The notes beneath the pieces were generated by a model that saw only the letters and a program-made list of their open reading frames with translations, was not told where the DNA came from and made no database searches. DNA of 21,166 bases, the filler included, from Dehalococcoidia bacterium (GTDB lineage: Bacteria > Chloroflexota > Dehalococcoidia > DSTF01 > RBG-16-68-14): NCBI GenBank assembly GCA_040882355.1. It is 2 parts of 2 records of this genome, joined end to end, with 100 filler letters (N's around TTAATTAATTAA, not from the genome) between each part and the next. Parts side by side here need not be neighbours in the genome. Positions count along the whole stretch, not along the records: positions 1 to 11,478 come from JBBEBM010000076.1; 1 more part is not named here. One strand, 5' to 3'. Below, one piece after another: positions 1 through 7,640 of the stretch (position 1 is the stretch's first letter; the number at the start of each line of letters is the position of its first letter). The position numbers and the translations under genes were made by a program.

Positions 1-1
1 C

Positions 2-574
2 CCGAAACTTGGTGATCGACTCCTCCGTGCCCGGCAGAGTGCGCGTCCAGTCGTGCAGGAGGGGCGCGCTCGTGCCTGGCTCCCACTGCTCGTGCCAGAA
101 GGGGCGCAGGTCGCAGACGAATAGCCCGCCGGGCGTTAGGTGGCGCTCAACGCATCGCAGGCAGGAAAGCTGATCGTCCGGTGTGAGCAGGTGGTGAAAC
201 GTGCCGAACGCCGCGTAGACGAGCTCGAAGGTGCGACCGAGGTCGAAGTCGCGCATGTCGTCGAGCGAGAGGTGGAGGCGCTGCAGTTCTGCCGGGCCTG
301 CCTTGCAGCGCGCCCGCTCAAGCATCGCAGGTGAGCTGTCAATACCCCAGATCTCGTGGCCGGCGCGGGCGAGCGGTAGCGCAACGCGGCCCGCGCCGAC
401 GCCTAGCTCGAGCAGCGGGCCGTCGCAGCGGCGGGCGAGGTTCTCGCAAAAGAGGAGGTCGTCCGCGAACTCGCCGTAGTCGAGGTCAAATAGCTCCGCC
501 AGCTCGCGAGCGCCCGCAGAGGCACTTGTGACGGTCAACGGTTCGGTCTCATCGCGCGGGGTGTCCGGTGGCAT
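2..574 (-). CDS. Class I SAM-dependent methyltransferase (3' end runs off the window)
   Basis: Not in the ORF track; translated manually from ATG at 574 (in-frame GTG at 586 also possible): MPPDTPRDETEP...LFDLDYGEFADDLLF...PLLELGVGAGRVALPLARAGHEIWGIDSSPAMLERAR...DDMRDFDLGRTFELV...HLTPGGLFVCD. Shows motif I (ELGxGxG), acidic motif II (GID) and the L(T)PGG motif. Open to the window edge. Confidence 0.88.
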   Translation of the reverse strand, partial: MPPDTPRDETEPLTVTSASAGARELAELFDLDYGEFADDLLFCENLARRCDGPLLELGVGAGRVALPLARAGHEIWGIDSSPAMLERARCKAGPAELQRLHLSLDDMRDFDLGRTFELVYAAFGTFHHLLTPDDQLSCLRCVERHLTPGGLFVCDLRPFWHEQWEPGTSAPLLHDWTRTLPGTEESITKFR

Positions 575-599
575 GTGCTTGGTCACGTGGCGGCGTTGG

Positions 600-629
600 A
601 TTCTAGGCGCGGATCAACAGGAGCGTCAA
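600..629 (-). promoter_or_regulatory. sigma70-type promoter for the methyltransferase
   Basis: Minus strand TTGACG (629-624), 18-nt spacer, TAGAAT (605-600), 14-26 nt upstream of the candidate starts. Confidence 0.6.
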
Positions 630-688
630 GGAACCTCCACGTCCGCGAAGCCGTACCTTCAATGAGGGTGCTGATCTGTGGAGAAGCC

Positions 689-728
689 TTGACAACGGAG
701 CCATTTCGTTATACATGAATGTCATTCA
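689..728 (+). promoter_or_regulatory. Probable promoter of the ABC cluster with an overlapping palindromic operator
   Basis: Perfect TTGACA at 689-694; imperfect -10 within TTATACAT (709-716); inverted repeat TGAATG-T-CATTCA at 716-728. Confidence 0.45.
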
Positions 729-791
729 GTGGTCGCGTTGAGGCATGAGGGGGTGGGGAGCGTTCCCCGCCGTCGCGCAGAGGAGGGAACC

Positions 792-2483
792 GTGAGCAAG
801 AACTACTGGCAGAGGCTGCAACAGCAACGGATCACCCGTCGCCGGCTTATGGGAGGCGCGGCCGCGACGGCTGCGGGCGCTGCCGCCTTTGGCCTGGTCG
901 GCTGTGACGACGACGGCGGCGGCGAGCCTTCCGGAACACCCGGGACTGCGGTCGCGGAAGGAACACCGCAACCCGGTGGCATTCAAAAGACTCGACAGGC
1001 GGTTGCCTATCCCAACTTCAGTCCGTTTGGCGCCCTGGCTGCATTGACTCAAGGGCTTTTCGTTGGCTTCACCTTCTACGACCACCTGTGGTACGTCCCA
1101 ACCGACACGGGAGTGAGAGAAAACTTCCTGGCAAGCGAGATCGAGCAGGTGGACGAGCTGCAGGTCAACGTGACTCTGAAGGACGCCGTCTTCCATAACA
1201 AGCCGCCCGTGAGCGGTCGAGCAGTCAAATCTACAGACCTGAAAGCGAGCGTGGAGCGCTTCAGGGAGGATCCTCCACTCGGCTTCAGTTGGCTGCACGA
1301 GATCCTCGACCGGATCGACGCACCGGAAGAGAAGACGGTGCAGTACTTCCAGAACCGGCCCTGGGCGTGGTTCTTTACCTCTTCCAACGCTGGTTCGCCG
1401 ATCAGCAGCTCGATCATCCCGGAGGAGTTGCTGGACGGCTCGGATGCCTCTGACGAGATCCTGCAGAACGATCCGATCGGCTCGGGCCGCTGGATGCTCG
1501 GCGGGCATAGCAACTTCACCAACGTTGAGCTAAGGAAGTTTCCGAACTGGCGGGAGGAAGGGTTGCCGTACCTCGACGGTGTCGACAACGTGTACATCAC
1601 AGAAGATGCGCAGGCGATCGCCGCATTCCGCGCCAAGCAGATCGACTCCATCGGCGGCCTCACGAGCGAAGAGCTGGCCGAGCTCGAGAGCGACTTCGGC
1701 GAAGAGATCGCAACGTCCAGCGATCTGTCGCGGGCCTACCGAACGCTCATGCTCAAGTTTGAGGCGCCGTTCCTGGATGAGCGGGTTCGTCAAGGCATCA
1801 ACCTCGGCCTGAATCGCCAGGAGATCGCCGATACGTTGGATCTCGGTTCCGGTGAGTTCTGCGGGCCCGTGCCGCCGGCGCACAAGACGTACGTCCTGCC
1901 GGACGATGACCCCGACCTGGTGGAGTACTTCCGCTTCGATCCCGACGAAGGCAGGTCGATGCTGGAGGGGGCCGGCTTCCCAATGGACGAGCCGATCGAT
2001 CTCCAGTACTCGAACTTCGGCGATGCGCCTCAGCTCGCGCAGATCGTCCATCAGCAGCTAAGGAACTTGGGGCTGAACGTCAATTTGCCACCGGCGGAGG
2101 ACCTTGTGACGCTCTGGCTGCCGACGACGCTTCAGGGCGGGAATTTCAAGATGACGTGCTTCACACACCTCCCGTACGAGGACCCTTCGTTGCCGCTGGC
2201 CTTCTACATGGGTCCTGGCGCCAGGGAAGGGGCGGGCAACTTCATGGGATATCAGGACGATGACGTAGACGCGGCGATCCTGGCGGCGGCGGAGGAGCTG
2301 GAAGAGGAAGCGAGGATCGAGAAGACAATGGAGGCGCAACGGGTGATCATCCAGAAGTGGGGCCCGATGCTCAACCTCTACTCCTCGATCGGCTATAGCG
2401 CGCGCTGGCAGTACCTGAAAGGCACCGTGGAAGGTCGCGGCTCGTACGGGCTGTTCAACTCACGGGCCTGGTTGGACAAGTAG
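792..2483 (+). CDS. ABC transporter substrate-binding protein, family 5 (DppA/OppA-like), Tat-exported lipoprotein
   Basis: GGAGG RBS at 782-786 before GTG 792; N-terminus ITRRRLMGG...FGLVGC (twin-Arg plus lipobox); family-5 signatures (LKDAVFHN, PIGSGRW, PYLDGV, PFLDERVRQGINLGLNR). Confidence 0.92.
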   Translation: MSKNYWQRLQQQRITRRRLMGGAAATAAGAAAFGLVGCDDDGGGEPSGTPGTAVAEGTPQPGGIQKTRQAVAYPNFSPFGALAALTQGLFVGFTFYDHLWYVPTDTGVRENFLASEIEQVDELQVNVTLKDAVFHNKPPVSGRAVKSTDLKASVERFREDPPLGFSWLHEILDRIDAPEEKTVQYFQNRPWAWFFTSSNAGSPISSSIIPEELLDGSDASDEILQNDPIGSGRWMLGGHSNFTNVELRKFPNWREEGLPYLDGVDNVYITEDAQAIAAFRAKQIDSIGGLTSEELAELESDFGEEIATSSDLSRAYRTLMLKFEAPFLDERVRQGINLGLNRQEIADTLDLGSGEFCGPVPPAHKTYVLPDDDPDLVEYFRFDPDEGRSMLEGAGFPMDEPIDLQYSNFGDAPQLAQIVHQQLRNLGLNVNLPPAEDLVTLWLPTTLQGGNFKMTCFTHLPYEDPSLPLAFYMGPGAREGAGNFMGYQDDDVDAAILAAAEELEEEARIEKTMEAQRVIIQKWGPMLNLYSSIGYSARWQYLKGTVEGRGSYGLFNSRAWLDK

Positions 2484-2535
2484 CAGGAGGCTAGGAGACA
2501 CGAAGGCAACATAGGTGGAGAGGAGCTGAGCAGCC

Positions 2536-3483
2536 GTGTGGCGATACACCTTGCGCCGCCTCGCCTTCCTCCCGCTGATCCTTTTCGTCGTCTCGCTGAT
2601 CACGTTTGTCCTGCTCCGCGTCCTGCCGGGAGACCCGGCTGTGATCATCTGCGGGCAGACCGGCACCCCCGAATGTCTCGACCAGGTCCACGAAGACCTG
2701 GGTCTGGACCAGCCGATCTCCACACAGTATTTCGACTGGGTCTCCGGAGTCCTCCAAGGTGACTTCGGGGAGACCTACTTCGGCGAGCGGGACATCCGCG
2801 AGGAAGTGGTCCGCCGCTTTCCCGCGAGCGCCGAACTGATCGTGCTCAGCCTGGTAATCAGCGTGTTCCTGGGCGTGACCTTCGGCATCGTCTCGGCCCT
2901 CAGGCGCAACAGTCCGGTCGACTACACCGTGCGTGTCTTCGCGGTCTTCGGTCAATCGATCCCCGAGTTTTTCCTGCTGATCCTATTGATCATCATCCCG
3001 TCGATCCTTTGGAACTATGCCGCACCTTCCGGCGGGTACGTCTCGTTTCTCGACGATCCGTGGCGTAACATCCGTGTCTACGTGCCGCCGGCCATCGTCC
3101 TGGGGATCGGCGGAGCGGCGGGAATCATGCGCCTCCAACGCACCACCATGCTTGAGGTGCTACGTAGCGACTTCGTGCGGACGGCGCGAGCGAAGGGTCT
3201 GGCGCCGAACACCGTCGTGATAAGCCATGCCTTTCGAAACACGCTGGCGCCGCTGGTCACCGTGGTCGGCGCGGCGTTCACCGCGATCTTCGGTGGCGCT
3301 GTTATCGCGGAGCGCGTCATGAGCATCGACGGCCTTGGTGTGTTCTTCCTGCAGGCGGTGCAGCAACGCGACTTTCCCGTGGTCCAGTTCCTGGTGCTGT
3401 ACACCGCGACGGTCGTCGTGCTTGTGAATCTGATTGTCGACCTATCGTACGCGTGGATCGATCCACGCGTACAGTACCGCTGA
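2536..3483 (+). CDS. Peptide/nickel ABC transporter permease (DppB/OppB-like)
   Basis: LRVLPGDPA...LGLDQP N-terminus, EAA-like loop DFVRTARAKGL, C-terminal RDFPVVQ...VDLSYAWIDPRV. Confidence 0.95.
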   Translation: MWRYTLRRLAFLPLILFVVSLITFVLLRVLPGDPAVIICGQTGTPECLDQVHEDLGLDQPISTQYFDWVSGVLQGDFGETYFGERDIREEVVRRFPASAELIVLSLVISVFLGVTFGIVSALRRNSPVDYTVRVFAVFGQSIPEFFLLILLIIIPSILWNYAAPSGGYVSFLDDPWRNIRVYVPPAIVLGIGGAAGIMRLQRTTMLEVLRSDFVRTARAKGLAPNTVVISHAFRNTLAPLVTVVGAAFTAIFGGAVIAERVMSIDGLGVFFLQAVQQRDFPVVQFLVLYTATVVVLVNLIVDLSYAWIDPRVQYR

Positions 3484-3487
3484 AGCC

Positions 3488-4423
3488 ATGGCCACTAGCG
3501 TGCAGCAGGCAGTGACATCGATTGGCGCGGGCACGGCCGAAGAGTGGGTGCTCCCGAAGGAGACGCCGCGGCTGGTGCAGTGGGGCCGCCTGGCCCGGCG
3601 CAACCCGATCGGCGTCGTCGCGCTGTTCATCGTCGTGGCGTTCTGTTTTCTCGGAGTGTTCGGGCCCGCTCTTGCTCCGCACGACCCCTCGTATATTACC
3701 CCTGCCGAGCGGTATCAGTCGCCGTCCTGGGACCACCCATTCGGCACGAACAAGTTTGGTGAGGACATGTTCAGCCGGGTGCTGACGGGTGCGCGCATTT
3801 CGTTCCTGATCGGCCTGATGGGCGTGACCATCGGGTACTTCACCGGCGCCTTCCTGGGCATCGTCTCCGGCTATTACCAGCGCTGGCTCGACTACGTGAT
3901 CCAGCGCGGTGGCGAGGCATGGGCCGCCTTCCCGGTGCTCATCCTCTACTTCGCCTTCATCACGGCGCTCGGACAGGGGCTGAAGACGATCGCCATCGTC
4001 ATCGTCATCTCCGCGATCTTTGGTGGCTCGCGCGTTCTCAGGGCAGCGTCGTTGATTACCAAGCACAGCGATTACGTGGACGCGTCGCGTTCGCTGGGCG
4101 CGGGGGACTGGTGGATCCTCTGGAAGCACATCATCCCGAACGTGATGCCGATTATCATCGTCGGCGCCAGCAGCGTGTTCGCCGTGTCGGTGCTGGCCGA
4201 AGCGGCGCTCAGCTTCTTAGGCATCGGCGTCGACCCAGGCACCCCCTCCTGGGGCATCGATATGAGTGACACGCATACCCCGAATCTGAGGGACGCGTCG
4301 CGCCATCCGTACCTCGTGCTCTTCCCCGGTATGGCGATCAGCCTTGTGGTGTTGGGGTTTAACATGCTGGGCGATACGCTGCGCGATATCCTCGATCCGC
4401 GCCTGCGCGGTAGCCTGAACTAG
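3488..4423 (+). CDS. Peptide/nickel ABC transporter permease (DppC/OppC-like)
   Basis: ATG at 3488; HPFGTNKFGEDMFSRV, DYVDASRSLGA...KHIIPNV, EAALSFLGIG...PSWG, GDTLRDILDPR. Confidence 0.95.
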   Translation: MATSVQQAVTSIGAGTAEEWVLPKETPRLVQWGRLARRNPIGVVALFIVVAFCFLGVFGPALAPHDPSYITPAERYQSPSWDHPFGTNKFGEDMFSRVLTGARISFLIGLMGVTIGYFTGAFLGIVSGYYQRWLDYVIQRGGEAWAAFPVLILYFAFITALGQGLKTIAIVIVISAIFGGSRVLRAASLITKHSDYVDASRSLGAGDWWILWKHIIPNVMPIIIVGASSVFAVSVLAEAALSFLGIGVDPGTPSWGIDMSDTHTPNLRDASRHPYLVLFPGMAISLVVLGFNMLGDTLRDILDPRLRGSLN

Positions 4424-4434
4424 AGGACCGGTCG

Positions 4435-5448
4435 CTACAAGCCGCGCTCGGCGAGCATTGCGCAGAGGTCGGAGACGCGGCAGGCGTAGCCCCACTCGTT
4501 GTCGTACCACGCGGCTACCTTGACAAGGTTGCCGGCGACGACGTTCGTCACGGGCGCGTGAACGATCGAAGAGTGTTCGTCGCCCTTCATGTCCATCGAG
4601 ACGACGTGGTCCTCGACGACGTCCAGGATGCCCTTCATCTTCTCAGACGCGGCGTCGCGCATCGCGGCGTTCACCTTCTCCGGCGTGGTGTCCGCTTCTG
4701 TGAGACAGACAACCTCGACGATGGAGACGGTCGGCGTCGGCACGCGATAAGCGAGACCGTCGATCTTTCCCTCGATTTCAGGGATGACCAGCTTTAGCGC
4801 CTTCGCTGCGCCGGTGGTGAAAGGCACGATGTTGAGCGCGGCGGCCCGGCCCTCGCGGATGTCGCTGTGGGCGACGTCGAGCACGCGCTGGGTATTCGTG
4901 TAGGAGTGCACGGTGGTCATCTGCGCCTTGACGATGCCGAAGTTGTCGAGCAGCACCTTCACGACCGGCGCCAGGCCGTTTGTCGTGCAGGACGCGTTGG
5001 AGATGACGTGGTGCCGGCCGGGATCGTACTGGGCGTCGTTTACACCCAGGACGACGGTCATGTCTTCGTTCTTGGCGGGGGCGGAGATGATCACCTTGCG
5101 CACACCGTCCCGCCGGTGCGCGCGGGCCTTCTCGGCGTCGGTGAAGAGCCCGGTGGACTCGATGACGATCTCCGCGCCGACCTCTTTCCACGGGATCGCG
5201 CCCGGGTCGCGTTCCGCGAAGATCTTGATCGCCTTGCCGTCGACCGCGATCGAGCCGTCTGAGACCTCGACCGTGCCGTTAAAGCGTCCGTAGTTGGAGT
5301 CGTACTTGAGGAGATGAGCGTTGGTCTTGGCGTCCATCAGGTCGTTCAGGCCGACGACCTCAAGGGCTTCGCCGTGGCGATCGCGGATCGCCTTGAGCAC
5401 CTGGCGCCCGATGCGCCCGAAGCCGTTGATGCCGATCTTCGTGGTCAT
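4435..5448 (-). CDS. gap: Type I glyceraldehyde-3-phosphate dehydrogenase
   Basis: GINGFGRIGR, ESTG, ASCTTN catalytic Cys, TTVH, TGAAKA, RVPT, WYDNEWGY; start ATG 5448 after AGGAGG. Confidence 0.97.
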   Translation of the reverse strand: MTTKIGINGFGRIGRQVLKAIRDRHGEALEVVGLNDLMDAKTNAHLLKYDSNYGRFNGTVEVSDGSIAVDGKAIKIFAERDPGAIPWKEVGAEIVIESTGLFTDAEKARAHRRDGVRKVIISAPAKNEDMTVVLGVNDAQYDPGRHHVISNASCTTNGLAPVVKVLLDNFGIVKAQMTTVHSYTNTQRVLDVAHSDIREGRAAALNIVPFTTGAAKALKLVIPEIEGKIDGLAYRVPTPTVSIVEVVCLTEADTTPEKVNAAMRDAASEKMKGILDVVEDHVVSMDMKGDEHSSIVHAPVTNVVAGNLVKVAAWYDNEWGYACRVSDLCAMLAERGL

Positions 5449-5632
5449 GGCGGGAACCTCCTCTTGCGTTACGGCTGAGGGCCTCATGATAGCGCAGCCC
5501 GCACTTCTGCGGCATAGGGGAGGGTGCTACTTTGCTTGGGGACTCCGTCTATCAGCGGGCCCCCAGCGGACGCGACTCACCCAGCGGCCGCGGACATCAC
5601 GGATTACCTCGGCGGGGTCGCAGTGCTAGTTC

Positions 5633-5650
5633 GCCACACCCGTGTGTGAC
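5633..5650 (-). terminator. Hairpin just downstream of the SSAP-like gene (possible terminator or stabiliser)
   Basis: Minus strand GTCACAC-ACGG-GTGTGGC, a 7-bp stem with one G-U, 7 nt past the stop. No U-tract. Confidence 0.3.
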
Positions 5651-5657
5651 GCCCGCG

Positions 5658-6326
5658 CTACGAATTGTGGACCCGTGAGTTCGGGGAGGCAGCTTCGTCC
5701 GGCGTTTGCCGTAGCCGATCGATGAACTCCGACGCCTGCTGCTTGGAGAGCTCGGGCGGTGCGCAGCCGTAGAGTGAGCGGCAGCGCTCGTCGACGCCGG
5801 CCTCAGCCAAGCTCAGCCGGCCGCGTCCGATCGCATAGATCGCCTTCACCTGGGGTGCCGTAGCGGCTGCGGCGATACCGTCACGCACCACCTTCAGGCT
5901 TCGCCGCGCCACCGGCGCATCGACGACTCGCTCGGCCGGGCCCGCGCCGGACGCCTCCGGCGCGTCGCGACGCTTTCGCGTCGCCGGCTGGCGCTGCTGG
6001 GCCGAGAAGTCGAAGTCCTCGCAGAACTGGGTGCCGTAGCCCAGCGCGGCCAGCGCCCGGCCGAGCGCCTTCGTCTCCGCTTTTTCGATGTAGTCGCCAA
6101 AGTCGTCCGCGGTCTCGCTACCCCAGCCGGACGCTTCGCCTGCGCCGGGAATCGCCACGCGGGCGCGAAAGAGGGCGAGGCCGCCGCCATGCTTAACCAG
6201 CTCGGTCTGGATCACCGCTTCTGGATGCTCGGTACGGAGCCAGAGGAGGCGCCATTTCACCTCCAGGTACTCCCGCCCGTTGAGGTTGCTGAGATACTTG
6301 CTTGCTTCGAAACCCTTTGCTGGCAT
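5658..6326 (-). CDS. Hypothetical protein, Rad52/Sak/DdrA-like single-strand annealing candidate
   Basis: N-terminal ~105 aa YLEVKWRLLWLR...ALFRARVAI...ASGWGSE...YIEKAETKALGRALAALGYG resembles the Rad52-superfamily core (cf. KxAxxDALKRAxxxFGxG). Followed by a low-complexity linker and a C-terminal ATAPQVKAIYAI...LSKQQASEFIDRL helical module. Has its own strong promoter. Confidence 0.7.
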   Translation of the reverse strand: MPAKGFEASKYLSNLNGREYLEVKWRLLWLRTEHPEAVIQTELVKHGGGLALFRARVAIPGAGEASGWGSETADDFGDYIEKAETKALGRALAALGYGTQFCEDFDFSAQQRQPATRKRRDAPEASGAGPAERVVDAPVARRSLKVVRDGIAAAATAPQVKAIYAIGRGRLSLAEAGVDERCRSLYGCAPPELSKQQASEFIDRLRQTPDEAASPNSRVHNS

Positions 6327-6355
6327 CGGCCCACCCCCTGGAAAGTCTCGGGAAC

Positions 6356-6384
6356 AGAATATGCGTTCTATCTGCCCTTGTCAA
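6356..6384 (-). promoter_or_regulatory. sigma70 promoter of the SSAP-like gene with a LexA (Cheo-type) box over the -10
   Basis: Minus strand TTGACA (6384-6379)-N17-TATTCT (6361-6356). AGAAC-GCAT-ATTCT (6369-6356) is one mismatch from AGAAC-N4-GTTCT. Confidence 0.72.
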
Positions 6385-6637
6385 GGCCTGTTGCACAGGA
6401 ATACCCGGGAAAGTAGGGGATAGCCCGATGGTTTATGTCTGGTAGGGTATCTATTATGTTTAGCGATATGGGTCTTGGACAGTAGATAGCTCGAGCCCCG
6501 GTGTGGGTACCGAGGCAGTGGAAAACGAGCTTCTGCCAGATTCGCAGAGGAAAGGCGCAGGGGCGCAGCATGTTAGGGATTGGCTCGCCGTACCTAAAAG
6601 AGGAATGGCCATGTGGAAAGTCTTTATGTTTCCCCGC

Positions 6638-6666
6638 TGGACAGGGGTTAGGGTCGAGCGTACAAT
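6638..6666 (+). promoter_or_regulatory. sigma70-type promoter for xerD
   Basis: TGGACA (6638-6643)-N17-TACAAT (6661-6666), ~60 nt before the ATG; GAGGTGAGG RBS follows. Confidence 0.65.
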
Positions 6667-6725
6667 TGCATTGTCCCCAGGCCCCGGCAACGTCCTTTTC
6701 ATTCCGAGCGAGGTGAGGCAGCGTC

Positions 6726-7640
6726 ATGGATGATCGCATTGGCCAGTTCCTCCAGTTTCTTTCCGTGGAGAAGGGAGCTTCGGAGAACACAATCGCGGCG
6801 TACCGCAACGACTTAGCACAGTTCCACTCCTTCCTCTCCACGATCAATCTGAACGGCAATGCTACGGACTGGCGCCGCGTCGGCAGCGACGCCGTCCTTT
6901 CGTTCATGGTGGAGATGCGGACCAAACGCTACGCGGACGCGACGGTCGCGCGCAAGGTGGCTGCGGTCAAGTCGTTCTTCCAGTTTCTCCACGCGGAAGG
7001 CGACATCCCGCTCAATCCAACCGAGGACCTGGAGTCGCCCCGCGTCGGCAAGTCGCTGCCCAAACCGCTCACCGTGCAGCAGGTGGACGAGCTGCTCGAG
7101 CAGCCGGCAAAGCGGGCCACCCCGGAAGCCCTGCGGGACCGAGGCATGCTGGAGCTGCTCTACGCCACAGGACTGCGCGTGAGCGAGATGGTCTCGCTCA
7201 ACGTCGACAATGTCTCGCTGGACTCGCACAACCCGTATGTGCGATGTATTGGCAAGGGCTCGAAGGAGCGACTGGTCCCAATTCACGGCCAGGCGCTGCG
7301 CGCTGTCGCGGCGTACCTCGAGGACGGCCGCAGACGGCTGCTGAAGGACCAGCAGCAGGGCGCCCTCTTTCTGAATCGCCGGGGCGACCGGCTCACACGC
7401 CAGGGGTTCTGGCTGATCCTCAAGCAGTACGCCCGGGACGCCCACCTGGACGAAGTGCTGGTTACCCCGCACACGTTGCGACACAGCTTCGCCACGCATA
7501 TGCTGAGGGGCGGCGCGCCTCTGCGCAGCGTCCAAGAGCTCCTGGGCCATGCCAACCTGTCCACGACCCAGATCTACACGCAGGTCACGAACGATCACGT
7601 CCGCCGCGTTTACGAGCAAGCCCATCCTCGCGCACGCTAG
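6726..7640 (+). CDS. xerD: Site-specific tyrosine recombinase XerD
   Basis: SENTIAAYRNDL N-terminal domain, LPKPL, RDRGMLELLYATGLRVSE, GKGSKERLVP, LTRQGFW, TPHTLRHSFATH, LLGHANLSTTQIYT. Full R-K-H-R-H-Y catalytic set; the TRQGFW motif is XerD-typical. Confidence 0.9.
   Translation: MDDRIGQFLQFLSVEKGASENTIAAYRNDLAQFHSFLSTINLNGNATDWRRVGSDAVLSFMVEMRTKRYADATVARKVAAVKSFFQFLHAEGDIPLNPTEDLESPRVGKSLPKPLTVQQVDELLEQPAKRATPEALRDRGMLELLYATGLRVSEMVSLNVDNVSLDSHNPYVRCIGKGSKERLVPIHGQALRAVAAYLEDGRRRLLKDQQQGALFLNRRGDRLTRQGFWLILKQYARDAHLDEVLVTPHTLRHSFATHMLRGGAPLRSVQELLGHANLSTTQIYTQVTNDHVRRVYEQAHPRAR

Noticed and set aside
5490..5657. Possible ncRNA, riboswitch or small ORF between the SSAP-like gene and gap
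   Set aside because: No recognisable family motif. The short open frame on the minus strand lacks a credible start. Only one hairpin and a lone TATCAT -10 (5491-5486) without a good -35 were seen.
6368..6925. ORFs spanning the SSAP-xerD spacer (6368-6925 -, 6460-6702 -, 6501-6716 +, 6503-6733 +)
   Set aside because: No protein-like motifs; they overlap promoters or xerD and lack RBSs.
6726..7640. Tyrosine recombinase as a phage/ICE integrase or integron
   Set aside because: XerD-typical length and motifs, no IntI insertion, no att/tRNA/attC sites or phage genes, and core-gene neighbours.
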